Below, one piece after another: positions 39,855-50,268 of a stretch of DNA of 64,000 bases. This DNA is from an uncultured Chthonomonadaceae bacterium (lineage in GTDB: Bacteria > Armatimonadota > Chthonomonadetes > Chthonomonadales > Chthonomonadaceae), in NCBI GenBank assembly GCA_963835065.1, contig CAWIEK010000011.1:32001-96000 (forward strand), given 5' to 3'. Each line of letters opens with the position of its first letter. Position 1 is the first letter of the stretch. Both the position numbers and the translations under genes were made by a program. The notes beneath the pieces were generated by a model. That model searched no databases. It was not told the origin of the DNA and worked only from the letters and a program-made list of their open reading frames with translations.

Positions 39855-40351
39855 TGCGGAACGCTCTGCGGCAATCGGTTCGCTCCCGTGATGACTTTCG
39901 CTGTCGTTATTGCAGCGTGACGGAAACTGATGTTGGTTCTGAACTGACTAATGATCACTTTCAGCCCCGCGCTCAGGGTGGAAATGATGCCCCTGATAAT
40001 CTTGTCTACTGCTGCCACCCTTGCAACGAATTCAAACATGATTACTGGCAGACGGAACAGGATTGACGTCTGCTTCACCCGCTTTTCGATACGCCGGCAG
40101 AACACATCCACGAACAAGACGACGGCACTCTGCTTGCTATGATAGAGCGCGGGGGCAATCATCTGCGCGTCCTGCGCCTTAATCGTCCCGAACTCATTGC
40201 TCACCGAATATGCAAGCGATTTTTAGAGACACGCGAAGTTCAGCACAAGGCAGCGGAAGAGCGGTTTGCCCGGATAGAAGCAGAACTCCGCGACCTCAAA
40301 TGTAATGTTGCAGTTCGTGACATTTTGCGCCCCGCGCCTGCGCCAATATAG
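39854..40351 (+). pseudogene. HNH endonuclease with an in-frame TGA at 40064-40066
   Basis: CRYC...DHFQPRAQGG...NLVYCCHPCNEFK; the same frame continues RLLHP...LRLNRPEL after the stop. Confidence 0.8.
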
Positions 40352-40493
40352 CCAGGCGCGATTGTTGTTCGTGCCAAATCCCGCTGCCAGCATATTTATG
40401 ATTTATTGCAGGAACGGCAGGGAATTTCCTGTTCCAAGGAGAACTACACGGGCAGTACGTACATAAACTTCCTCAAAGAGAGAGCAGGCAATC

Positions 40494-41672
40494 GTGAGAA
40501 TTGAAGCCATCCATATACAGAACTATAAGATGTTTCAGGACGTTAACCTCAAAAACCTTCCTAACATGTGCGTGTTTTTAGGAGCAAATGGTTCTGGAAA
40601 GTCCACACTCTTTGATGTATTCACGTTTTTGCAGGATGCGCTTACGCATAATGTACGGCAGGCATTGGCACGAAGGGGAGGCTTTCGAGAGGTTGTTTCC
40701 CGCAATAAACAAGGGCCTATTTCTATAGAACTGAAATTTCGTGACACCGCCGATGGCCCACTTATTACCTATAGTGTGCAAATCGGGCAGGAACAGGGGC
40801 AGCCCATCGTAGAAAGTGAACTGTTGCAGTATAGGCGTGGGCAGCGCGGACAACCTTGGCGTTTCCTGGACTTCAAACATGGAGTAGGTAATGCCATCAC
40901 AAACGAAGAAGATTATGACAAACCGGATGCGGAAATGAAACGCGAACCTCAGAAGTTGGATGCGCCTGATATTTTGGCGATCAAAGGATTGGGGCAGTTT
41001 CAACGGTTTCCTGCCGCGACGCAGTTTCGTCGCCTCATTGAAAATTGGTACATCTCTGATTTTCATATCAGCGACGCGCGTGACAGTCCTGAAGCCGGTT
41101 ATGCAGAGCATCTTTCTGCGCGAGGTGAAAACCTTCCACTCGTAGCGCAGTATTTATACGAAAATCACCGGGATCGTTTTAATGCGGTGCTGGACAAGAT
41201 GAAACAGAGTATTCCGGGCGTGTCTCAGGTGCAGGCGGCGCTGACGGAAGACGGGCGCGTGGTGTTGAAATTCCAGGATGGCGCTTTCAAAGACCCCTTT
41301 ATAGCCAGGCATGTCTCGGATGGAACCATTAAGATGTTCGCCTACCTCCTGTTGCTGCACGACCCCAACCCGCACCCGCTCCTGGCAATAGAAGAACCTG
41401 AAAACCAATTGCATCCAGAGCTTCTGCTGGAGTTGGCAGAGGAGTTTCGTGGCTATGCGCGGCGCGGAGGGCAAGTTTTTGTTTCCACACACTCGCCTGA
41501 CTTTGTAAACGGTGTGCGCCTTGATGAACTTTTCTGGCTGACCAAGAAGGAGGGCTACACTCAGATTACCCGCGCATCCAACGACGATACACTGAGAAAT
41601 TTGGTGCGAGAAGGTGACTTGCCGGGCTATTTATGGAAGCAGAAATTCTTTGTGGGAGCCGGTCCAAAGTGA
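40494..41672 (+). CDS. AAA_21/ABC-type ATPase
   Basis: IQNYK, GANGSGKS, SDGT signature, IEEPENQLHP and VFVSTHSP. Confidence 0.92.
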   Translation: MRIEAIHIQNYKMFQDVNLKNLPNMCVFLGANGSGKSTLFDVFTFLQDALTHNVRQALARRGGFREVVSRNKQGPISIELKFRDTADGPLITYSVQIGQEQGQPIVESELLQYRRGQRGQPWRFLDFKHGVGNAITNEEDYDKPDAEMKREPQKLDAPDILAIKGLGQFQRFPAATQFRRLIENWYISDFHISDARDSPEAGYAEHLSARGENLPLVAQYLYENHRDRFNAVLDKMKQSIPGVSQVQAALTEDGRVVLKFQDGAFKDPFIARHVSDGTIKMFAYLLLLHDPNPHPLLAIEEPENQLHPELLLELAEEFRGYARRGGQVFVSTHSPDFVNGVRLDELFWLTKKEGYTQITRASNDDTLRNLVREGDLPGYLWKQKFFVGAGPK

Positions 41673-42298
41673 CAAAACTTGTGTTTCTGGTCGAAGAACC
41701 TTCCATAAGTGAGGTCCTGGAGGTGCTGCTTCCACGTCTTTTACCACAGAACATCCTTTTTCAAGTCGTGCCGCACGAAGGCAAGAACGATCTTGAAAAA
41801 TCTATTCCACGTAAACTTAAGGGTTGGCGGGAACCAGGCGTTCGCTTTGTGGTTATGCGGGACAATGATAATGGCGATTGTAAACAGCTAAAAGCGAGAC
41901 TGATGGAAATGTGTGCAGAGAACCAACGCGCTGACACGTTGGTTCGCATTGTCTGTCAGGAATTAGAAGCGTGGTATCTGGGGGATTTAGCTGCCGTTGC
42001 TAACGCTTATAACAAGCCTTCCCTCGCTCTACAGCAGAACACGCGAAAGTTTCGTGATCCAGACAAATTAACACGCCCCTCCGAACACATCCAGCGTCTT
42101 GTGCCGGAATTTGAAAAATTCGCTGGCGCTCGCAACATAGCCCCGTATCTTACGATAGAAAACGCGCGTTCCCATAGTTTCCGTGCCTTTGTCAACGGCG
42201 TTCGCCGCCTCGTTGTCGAAGCAACACAGAACGCTTCCAACCATCAAAATACTTTAGATGCGGCACAATCTACTAAACAGACCGCTCCAACAGACTGA
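41669..42298 (+). CDS. DUF4276-family (TOPRIM-like) protein
   Basis: GTGA overlap with the ATPase; LVFLVEEPS, RDNDNGDC, QELEAWYLGD and RSHSFRAF. Confidence 0.8.
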   Translation: MTKLVFLVEEPSISEVLEVLLPRLLPQNILFQVVPHEGKNDLEKSIPRKLKGWREPGVRFVVMRDNDNGDCKQLKARLMEMCAENQRADTLVRIVCQELEAWYLGDLAAVANAYNKPSLALQQNTRKFRDPDKLTRPSEHIQRLVPEFEKFAGARNIAPYLTIENARSHSFRAFVNGVRRLVVEATQNASNHQNTLDAAQSTKQTAPTD

Positions 42299-42372
42299 GC
42301 CGAGGCTGCATGCGCCCTATTGTTCGCGCATTGTTGTTTTGGTAGTTACTGACGCATAACAAATTTTCGCGT

Positions 42373-45300
42373 TCAGCGTACTTTCAGTAACGGAAGGTCG
42401 CCGGCGGAGTCGAGGGGTTCGTAGAGCTTGGGGCTTTGCTTGCCGGGGGCGACGAGTTCGCGGACGCGGTTGAAGATGTAACTGAAGGCGTTGCGGAACA
42501 CGATTACGCCGTCCGCGTCCACATAGGCTTTGTTTTGCGCTTGCCCCATTTCCAGAAACGCTTTGGTGAACGCGCCGTGCATCCATGTCTCGTTTTCCAA
42601 ACTTTGCTCCGTCGGGCGGCAAGCCGAGAGGACGTACAGGCCGCTTTCCGTGGCTTCGCGGATGGTTTCGCGGCGCGGGTCGAAGCCCCGGCCTTTTACC
42701 GGGTCGAAGGTGCGGAACAGTTCGATGCCGACGCCCCCGGCATGGCAGGTGTCAATCAGGAGCAGAACCGGGCAGGGCAACTGCTTCAAGCGGTCAATGA
42801 TTTTGCTCCACGCCACGCCGGTTTCTTCCATGCGCGCCTGGCTGGAAGCGTCCAGATTGGAGGGCGCGAAGAACAGCGAGGTTTTGTCCGGGCCGCCCGG
42901 AAAGCCGTGCGAGGCGACAAACACCACCACGCAGTCGCGCCGGTTTTTGCCCACGCGCTTGCTCAGGTCTTCGATGGCCTGCGTAATGCCCTCCCCCGTT
43001 GCGGCCTCGTTCAGCAGGGATTTCGCTTCGATGTGCTTGAACAGCTTGTCCTGCTGCGCGCGGTACAGGCTTTCCATCGCTTTGGCATCCTCGACGGTGT
43101 ACCCTAGCTGCCAGCGGGCGTCCAGTTTGGGGAATTTGCCGACCCCGATAGACAGCAGGTGCAGCGTTTCAAAGTGCGTTTCGTCCTCCTGCGCGTTGGC
43201 GGCTTTGTACGTGACGTGCAGTTCCGAGGCCAGTCCGCGCACCCCCTGCGCATTAACGGCAAAAACGCGGATCGTGTTGGGTCCAGGCGTGAGCGCAACC
43301 GTGAACTGCGGCTGCTTGTTGTCCGGCCCGGCATCCACTTCCACGATGTTGCGGGCGGCGGGCGATTCCAGAACAACGGCGCGCATTTTGGAATCCGGGC
43401 GCGCGTTGCCCTCGTAGCCAGCGGTCACGGTCACTTCCGGGGTATCTACCACGCTGTTGTCGCGTGGCGATTGTATCACGATGGCCGGAGGAGCGAGTTT
43501 GGGCAAGTCCTGAAGGATGTCAACGGCTGCCGTCGGCTTGCCGCGCTCCTGATCGGCCTGCTGCAAGGCGAGTGTCAGGCTGCCGGTCTTGAACTGGTAG
43601 AAAATCACGTCTGGGCGGTACAGCAGGGGCGCGAACCGGTCGGCGGAGTAGTAATCGGGCGCTTTGTCCAGGCCGTGATTGACGTGCCAGCCGATCAAGC
43701 GATCTCCGGTTGCCGAAGCGTTGTAATAGCCCTGCGGCGTCCACGCGACCCAATCGTCCTCATTGGCCTGAAAAATGGAAAGCAGGGGGCGCGTAATCCG
43801 CCGCCCAAGCGCGACGATTTCGTCTTTGGGATCGAGACTCCAGATGCGAATGGTCTGATCCATCGAAGCGGACGCGAGGTATTTGCCGTTGGGCGATACG
43901 GCAACCGCAGTGACGGGGCCTTCATGCCCTTCAAACAGGCGCGTTGGCGGGCCATCCGGTTTGGCGTACAGGGCAAGATACTGATCCGAGCCGACAATCA
44001 CGCTCCCGTCCTGCGTGTACGTGGCGCACCGAAACAGATCGCCCGTTTGCGCGGAAATGCGCCTGGGGTTGCCGCCCTTGCCGCCCGGTTTGTCGCCCAT
44101 TGTCAGGCTCGCATTGTCGAAAGCGATGTCTAATTGTCCGTTTGCGCCCCGCGTTTCGCCGCTCACCCAGGGGCTTGTCGGATCAAACGTATCGGCGGGA
44201 ACGGCGCGGGACAGATCGAACGCGGCTTCCAGTTTCGCGCTTTTGTAGGCGGTGTTCCACGCGACCTGCGTATTGTCCGGCGACCACGCGACGGCGAAAT
44301 TGGGCTTGCCGGTTCCCTGCAGGGCGCGAACTTCGTCCCCCGTCGCGGCTTTCCAGACGTGAATGGTTCCGAACAAATCTCCCGTTGCGGCCTGCGTTCC
44401 ATCCGGCGCAAGGGCGCAGGCGAAAATCGGCGCGGCGTGGGTGTTGAACGTTCGGGTGACGTGGAAATCCGGGCCGGTCCACACGCTTGCCGACAAGTCC
44501 TGCCCGCCCTCTCCTCCGGCACTGAGCATTTCGCGCCCGTCCGCACTGAACGCGAGGCAAACAACCGTATCCTTCTGGCGCGGCAGGGCTTCCGGCTTGG
44601 AATTGGCCTGCCCGTTCCAGAGGTGAATGGTTCCGTCCCGGCTGCCGAACGCAAGCGCGTTCTGCGACGACCACGCGACGCAGTTGACCAGATCGCGCCA
44701 CGCCCATTTTTGGTTTTGCTTGTAGCTGCGCGTATCCCACACAAGCACTTCGCCACTGAAAGCGTTTTTCGTGGTTTCATGGCTGCTGGCAACCGCAAGC
44801 TGCGAACCGTCCGGCGACAGCGCGACCCCGGCAAGGTAGGGGCGGGACTGCCGATCTTTCAGCGACCATTCGTGCAGCGATTTTTGATCCGCCACATCCC
44901 ACAGCCGTACGGAGCCATCCGCATCGCACGACGCCAGCCGCTTCCCATCTCCCGAAAACGCAAGCCCCGTCACCGTGTTCAGCAAATCGCCATGCGCTGT
45001 TTGTATGCGACTGGCATGTCCCGCCAATTTGCCGACAATCTTGCCCGTTGTGTAATCCAGCAGCAGGATATTGCCATGCCCACTGGTCAGGCCGAGCGCA
45101 AGCAGATGGGATGCCGGGTCAGGCGAAATCACCGCGGACTTCACAGCCCCATCCAAATCCGCCCCAATCTGGAAGCGAAGCGCGCGCTGCCGCCCCGTTT
45201 TCAAATCCCAGACCCGCGCCACTTTGTCAAACCCGGCGGAAATCAGCGTTTGTCCGTCCGGCGTAAACTGCACTGCCCGCACCTGTGAGGTATGCCCGCC

Positions 45301-45402
45301 CGGATTGACCCGCAAAATCGGCGCGTCCTCGCCCCACGCCGCGCCCCCCAGCAGGCACAACACAAACGCGAAGAGAAACTGCTTAATGGTACTGTCTTTC
45401 AT
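42373..45402 (-). CDS. Secreted WD40-repeat protein with a C-terminal caspase-like (C14) peptidase
   Basis: Signal peptide; many GH...WD repeats; WVAWTPQGYY; catalytic dyad VASHG and LIDTCHAG; HGAFTKAFL. Confidence 0.9.
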   Translation of the reverse strand: MKDSTIKQFLFAFVLCLLGGAAWGEDAPILRVNPGGHTSQVRAVQFTPDGQTLISAGFDKVARVWDLKTGRQRALRFQIGADLDGAVKSAVISPDPASHLLALGLTSGHGNILLLDYTTGKIVGKLAGHASRIQTAHGDLLNTVTGLAFSGDGKRLASCDADGSVRLWDVADQKSLHEWSLKDRQSRPYLAGVALSPDGSQLAVASSHETTKNAFSGEVLVWDTRSYKQNQKWAWRDLVNCVAWSSQNALAFGSRDGTIHLWNGQANSKPEALPRQKDTVVCLAFSADGREMLSAGGEGGQDLSASVWTGPDFHVTRTFNTHAAPIFACALAPDGTQAATGDLFGTIHVWKAATGDEVRALQGTGKPNFAVAWSPDNTQVAWNTAYKSAKLEAAFDLSRAVPADTFDPTSPWVSGETRGANGQLDIAFDNASLTMGDKPGGKGGNPRRISAQTGDLFRCATYTQDGSVIVGSDQYLALYAKPDGPPTRLFEGHEGPVTAVAVSPNGKYLASASMDQTIRIWSLDPKDEIVALGRRITRPLLSIFQANEDDWVAWTPQGYYNASATGDRLIGWHVNHGLDKAPDYYSADRFAPLLYRPDVIFYQFKTGSLTLALQQADQERGKPTAAVDILQDLPKLAPPAIVIQSPRDNSVVDTPEVTVTAGYEGNARPDSKMRAVVLESPAARNIVEVDAGPDNKQPQFTVALTPGPNTIRVFAVNAQGVRGLASELHVTYKAANAQEDETHFETLHLLSIGVGKFPKLDARWQLGYTVEDAKAMESLYRAQQDKLFKHIEAKSLLNEAATGEGITQAIEDLSKRVGKNRRDCVVVFVASHGFPGGPDKTSLFFAPSNLDASSQARMEETGVAWSKIIDRLKQLPCPVLLLIDTCHAGGVGIELFRTFDPVKGRGFDPRRETIREATESGLYVLSACRPTEQSLENETWMHGAFTKAFLEMGQAQNKAYVDADGVIVFRNAFSYIFNRVRELVAPGKQSPKLYEPLDSAGDLPLLKVR

Positions 45403-45418
45403 GGTCGTACTTCAATCC

Positions 45419-45490
45419 AGGAAAAAGGAAAAAGGAGAAAGGAAAAAGCCTGACACCTAAAACCTTAAAACGCCAAAACCCTAAAACCCT
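45419..45490. repeat. Adjacent 7-mer (GGAAAAA) and 8-mer (CCTAAAAC) solo arrays
   Basis: Direct reading of the intergenic region. Confidence 0.7.
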
Positions 45491-46157
45491 AGAAATTATA
45501 GCCCAATCCGACGGTAAAGCGGTTCAGGTCGTCGGAGCGGTCGCGCAGATACCAGATGCCGGCGTTGGCGTTGAGGTTGCCATATAACTGGTAGCTGCCC
45601 TGCACATACGCGGTTATTGAGGACGTGCTGCGGCCTGATGCCAGATCGAAGAAACCGCCCAATCCGCCTTCAATAGACCAGCGGCGCGTGGACTGCGGAT
45701 TGACGCGCTGCGAAAGCAGATCGTAAACAAAAAACGCCGTGTACGCCGCGCCCGGAACTCGCGAGGATTGCAGGTAGCTGAACTGGATGCCGAATTCCGG
45801 CGTGATAAAGCCGCGCGCATGGTATTCGCTCAGAGAGGCGTTGCCTTTAGTCCAGTACCAGCCGCCCAATTCCAATGCGCCCCGCGATTTCGCGGGTTTG
45901 ATGCCGATGTTGGTGGCGAGCAGCAGGCCAAAGTCCGTTTGCGTACCCGATGCGCCGTTGGCGAAGTTGCCCCCGGCGGTAAACGGCGCAAGCGGATAAA
46001 TGTCGAAGTTGCCATACGCTCGCGTTTGCTGCTGGCGCGAAGCGTCAAAGCGTACCAGGGCGCTGCCGCCGGGAAACTGCGCGCGGGCGGGCGGCATCAG
46101 TCCTACGCCGAGCATCAGCATTGCCAAAAGGGTTCTCAAACCGTGTGTGCGCTGCAA
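45489..46157 (-). CDS. Putative small outer-membrane beta-barrel protein
   Basis: AAGGAG-N7-TTG start, signal peptide, amphipathic strands and C-terminal VGLGYNF. Confidence 0.7.
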   Translation of the reverse strand: MQRTHGLRTLLAMLMLGVGLMPPARAQFPGGSALVRFDASRQQQTRAYGNFDIYPLAPFTAGGNFANGASGTQTDFGLLLATNIGIKPAKSRGALELGGWYWTKGNASLSEYHARGFITPEFGIQFSYLQSSRVPGAAYTAFFVYDLLSQRVNPQSTRRWSIEGGLGGFFDLASGRSTSSITAYVQGSYQLYGNLNANAGIWYLRDRSDDLNRFTVGLGYNF

Positions 46158-46173
46158 GGCATGTCTCCTTGGT

Positions 46174-46272
46174 AGGCATCAGGCATTAGGCATTAGGCAT
46201 TAGTTTTGGGTGGCAGGTGCGCGCTGACCTTTCCTCTTATATCTAATGCCTAATGCCTAATGCCTAATGCCT
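46174..46272. repeat. Inverted heptamer-array element (GGCATTA)
   Basis: Arms at 46174-46203 and 46243-46272. Confidence 0.92.
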
Positions 46273-46277
46273 GCTTT

Positions 46278-47961
46278 CTAAAATCGCCGGGGAAGCGGCT
46301 GGTCTACCGCAACGGCGTAGGGCGCGTTCAGGGCGGAACCGCCGCCAGGGGCATACGTGCCTGAAGAGCCGAAAATCAGGCCAAGTCCGAACGTGACATC
46401 CGCTTGAACTATACGCTGGTTGCCCGTGTCGGCGATATACAGGTGGTTGTAGCCGTCGAACGCGAGGCCGCGCGGCGCGTTGAGCGCGACATTGCTGGCG
46501 GCGTTGATGCGCGAAGAAACCGTAATTGTGTCGAAGTTGAGGATGTTAAGACTGTTCGTTTCCCCATTGAGTTGAAGCACCTGATTGGAGTCAACGTCAG
46601 AAACATATAAATTGCCATTGTTGGCAACGATGCCGAAGGGATTGCGCAATCCAACCACGCCCTGCCCGGTGAAACTGCTATAAAACATCCCCTCGAACTC
46701 CATAATGGCAGGGAGTGGCGTCGTGGCGGGACTGACGGGAACCTGCGTGTATGTAAACACCTCCGTGTTGTTCAACATATTAAGAGTCAGGCCATTGTGG
46801 AAGAGTTGTGGAATCAATGGCAAATTGCTGCACAAAGTTGATCGTGTTGTTAGTTTGATTGAAGGTACACTGCACGATCCGCCCATTGCCGTTGTCAAGC
46901 ACATAGATGTTGTCGCTGTTATCTACGGCAACGGCGGTGACATTGGAAAAGTTGGTTCCATTGGCCGAGGATAGAACTGTCAGATCGGAGCCATTCGGGT
47001 TGTTGACCCGCACGATGCGGTTCGCGCCTGTATCCGCCACGTACACGCCGCCGACAGAGTTGACGGCAACTCCCTGCGGGTGCGTGAAACTGTAACTCGC
47101 GCCCGAAGGTGGCAGAGTGGCGCGGTTGTCGCCGTTGATGTTGTCTACTTCGACGATGTTGTTGTTGGCCTGGTCGCAGATGTAGATGATGGGCAGGATT
47201 TGCAGATTATTGAAATCAGTTTGGCGATTGGGATTACCGGGAAACTGCGCCGCTTCGCCCGGCTCCTGATAAATAGCATGGAGATTGGTTTGCCGCGCCG
47301 TCACGCCGGAAACGGTTGCAATTAGATGCGTAGGGTCCAGAGTGGTGACAACGGCTATCGAAGGGTCATCCGTGTTCCAACTGACAGTAGACGGGTCCAC
47401 AAGAACCGTTTCGCCATTTGCGTCCTCAAACGTCACAGTGTAGTCGGACGCGCGCGTCCGCGTCAATTGCTGCGAACCGGAAATGAAGGTGTGGCCGAGG
47501 TCAATGGTGGTATCCATTGTCAAGGTCAGGCTGGCCGTTTGGTTCGCCTGAATGGTGACGTTGGGATTGGTCGCGCTGGCCTGCGCGGTTCCGGTTCCAT
47601 CGGGATTGGGAAACGCAACGGACGTGACCGCAATGGTTCCGGTGGGAACGGTATTAAAAGTGTACGTGCTTGTCGCGTTCGCGCCGCTGCCGGTTGGGGT
47701 AAGGGGCGGGGAGGTGGCTGTAAAGCCGGTTGGCGCTTTTACGGTGACAACCACGCTCATGGAGGCAAGCGGAATAAAGCGATGCCGTTTTGCCGCTTTT
47801 GCAGGCGTGGGCCATTTGAAGGTTACGGTCAGCTTGCCTTTGCCGCCCGTGCGCCCCGCGTTCGCAGCGGAATTCCGCCCCGCCCCGCCGCCACAGCCGC
47901 AAAGCGACACCGCAAGCAGTATTCCCAACACCGCACAAGGAAAATTCGATAAGCCGCGCAT
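46278..47961 (-). CDS. Lipoprotein with Ig-like and NHL-repeat domains, frameshift near 46810
   Basis: Lipobox LCGC; NHL repeats HPQGVAVNSVGGVYVADTGANRI and APRGLAFDGYNHLYIADTGNQRI, split over two frames. Confidence 0.8.
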
Positions 47962-48050
47962 GGCGTATTGCTCCTGAAAACCCGCATCAAACAATCATAA
48001 TTACATCTGCCAACAACGTTCTCACCACAATCCCGATGAAAACACCGCCC

Positions 48051-48087
48051 CACCTGAACACCTGAACACCCGAGTACCTGAACACCC
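48051..48087. repeat. Solo 8-mer array (CCTGAACA), same unit as the ispDF linker
   Basis: Direct reading. Confidence 0.8.
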
Positions 48088-48093
48088 AACCCC

Positions 48094-50196
48094 CTAATTC
48101 ACCGACACATTCAGCCCGCCCGATTGTACCGTGATGGTGGCGGTTGCCTGAAGGGTTCCGTTTGCCTGACTGGTGGCGATTAGATGGTAGGTTCCGGGCG
48201 TGGTGGGAGCCGTGTAATTGGTCGTGTTGCCGGTCTGCCCGGATAGGCTGCCGCCGGACGCGCCCTCTTGAATGCTCCACGTCACCGTATTGTTGAGCAG
48301 GCCGGCAGTGACGCCGAAGAACGTGGTCGTTTGCTGCAAGGTCAGCGTCGCGCTGCCCGGAATGATGACAACGGACGAGGATGCCGTTCCGACAACGGTG
48401 ATGGGAATCAAAGCCGTCAGGGTATTGTCGCCCTGGCTGACGACGCGAAGATGGTACGTGCCGGGCGTGTTGGGCGCGGCGTAAGTTTCGGTTCCGTCCT
48501 GGTTCGCCGTCAGGGTTCCGCCGCCGCCTTCCTGAAGGCTGTAAGTAACGCCCGTGTTGGCTAACCCCGTCACGATGCCGCGCACGGTCAGGGTACTGGA
48601 AGGGAACACAAGCGCGGCAGTCAGATTGGTGTACAAAGCCGGAGCCGCCCGCGCGGAAACCGTAACCGTCGAAACCGCGACAAGCGAGGAATTGGCCTGA
48701 CTGGTAGCGACAATGTGATAAGTTCCCGCAGTGGCGGGAGCCGTGTAGGTTTCGGTTCCGTCCGAATTGGCGGTCAGGGTTCCCCCGCTCGCGCCTTCCT
48801 GAATGCCGTAGTTGACGCCTGTATTCGTCTGGTTGGTGACGATAGCCCGCAGGGTCACGCTGGTTTGCTGCGCCAATGTGACCGCGCTCAGGGTGGAGTA
48901 GATGGCGGAAGGCGCGAACTGCACGACAACGGTAGAAACGGCTTTCTGCGTGGTATCCGCCTGGCTGGTGGCAACGACGTGGTAAATTCCGGGCGTACCC
49001 GACGCGGTATACGTTTCGGTTGCGTCCGCGTTCGCGGTCAGGGTTCCGCCACTCGCGCCTTCCTGAATACTCCACGTAACGCCCGTGTTGGTTTTGCCCT
49101 GCACACTTGCCGACAGCGTAAGGACGGCTTGCGGCGTAACCGTTGCCGAAGTCAGGCTGGACGTGATGAGGGCATGGACGGCTTCCTGCACAACAACTGT
49201 TGCGGCCACGCTCTGACTCGGATCGGCCTGACTGGTGGCGACGATGTGGTACGTTCCCGCCCGGTTCGGCGCGGTGTACGCGCCTGTAGAAGAATTAATC
49301 GTGCCGCCCGCCGCGCCTTCCTGAATGCTGTAGGTCACGCCCCCGCTTCCCGATGGCGTCGTGGCAGCGGTAAAGGTCAGGCTTTGATTGATGGTCATCA
49401 CCACCGCAGCCGGACTGAAGGCGATGTTGACATGGACGACGACGGGAAAGGCGGGGGATGCAATTCCGGGATCGGTAGCAGACACTTTTACGGTTGCAAT
49501 GATGTTGGCGGAACCGGGCTGTTTGGCGGTAATCTGGCCGGAAGCCGGGTCAACGCTGACAGCCGGATTGTCGGACGCCCATGTCAGGTTGCCGGGAGCA
49601 ATGAGAACCACGTTGTTACTGCTGTCGCGGGGGGTGGCAACGAGGGGAGCCGTTTGCCCGACGGTAAGAGACAGGGGATTGCCCGCCGAAATCGCCACGC
49701 TTTGCCCCGCGCCGAGCAATGTACCCGGCGTCACATCCACATGGTCAACGGTGCTGTTGAGCGTAATGGTCGGAGCCTGCGTGTTCTGGCCGGCGGCAAT
49801 GGTGATGGGAATAGCCGCCTCCGCGACGGGAACGCCGGTTCCTGCCGTGTTGGGAAAAGCGTAAACGGTAGCTGTCAGGGGAACACCCGCCGGCAGGCCG
49901 CTGATGGCGGCGGCGGTCTGCCCGCCCTGATCGGGGCGGGGAAACAGCTTACTGCCTACATCCACGCCGCCGTTCGTGACGGTGATGCGGATGCTGCCGA
50001 CAATATCGGGAATTATGCGGGAAGGCCGCGAAGCGTGTTTGTTGGACGCGGGCCACGCGATGGTAAACGTCGCCTGCCCGGTCTGCCGCGCCGTCGTGCC
50101 GGTCTGCGTCCCAACTGACGACGACTTGCCTCCGCCGCACCCGCTCAACAGGAGCGCCACCACAACCACAAGCATACCGCCAACTAAGCGCTTCAT
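48094..50196 (-). CDS. Lipoprotein with tandem Ig-like repeats
   Basis: Lipobox LSGC; five copies of V(T/N)(Y/W)SIQEGASGGTL...YTAP...GTYH.VATSQA. Confidence 0.88.
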   Translation of the reverse strand: MKRLVGGMLVVVVALLLSGCGGGKSSSVGTQTGTTARQTGQATFTIAWPASNKHASRPSRIIPDIVGSIRITVTNGGVDVGSKLFPRPDQGGQTAAAISGLPAGVPLTATVYAFPNTAGTGVPVAEAAIPITIAAGQNTQAPTITLNSTVDHVDVTPGTLLGAGQSVAISAGNPLSLTVGQTAPLVATPRDSSNNVVLIAPGNLTWASDNPAVSVDPASGQITAKQPGSANIIATVKVSATDPGIASPAFPVVVHVNIAFSPAAVVMTINQSLTFTAATTPSGSGGVTYSIQEGAAGGTINSSTGAYTAPNRAGTYHIVATSQADPSQSVAATVVVQEAVHALITSSLTSATVTPQAVLTLSASVQGKTNTGVTWSIQEGASGGTLTANADATETYTASGTPGIYHVVATSQADTTQKAVSTVVVQFAPSAIYSTLSAVTLAQQTSVTLRAIVTNQTNTGVNYGIQEGASGGTLTANSDGTETYTAPATAGTYHIVATSQANSSLVAVSTVTVSARAAPALYTNLTAALVFPSSTLTVRGIVTGLANTGVTYSLQEGGGGTLTANQDGTETYAAPNTPGTYHLRVVSQGDNTLTALIPITVVGTASSSVVIIPGSATLTLQQTTTFFGVTAGLLNNTVTWSIQEGASGGSLSGQTGNTTNYTAPTTPGTYHLIATSQANGTLQATATITVQSGGLNVSVN

Positions 50197-50268
50197 ATCT
50201 GTAGGTTCCTTGCTTCGCTTGCCTTCTTTGCTGTCTTTGCTTCTTTGCGGTTCAACAATCCCTGGCGG

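Noticed and set aside
40064..40066. Selenocysteine or Trp recoding of the HNH in-frame TGA
   Set aside because: The position is outside the Cys motifs, TGA is a normal stop throughout the window, and the partner gene is also disrupted.
39364..42538. Diversity-generating retroelement template/variable repeat pair
   Set aside because: The mismatches are synonymous and not adenine-specific, and there is no reverse transcriptase in the window.
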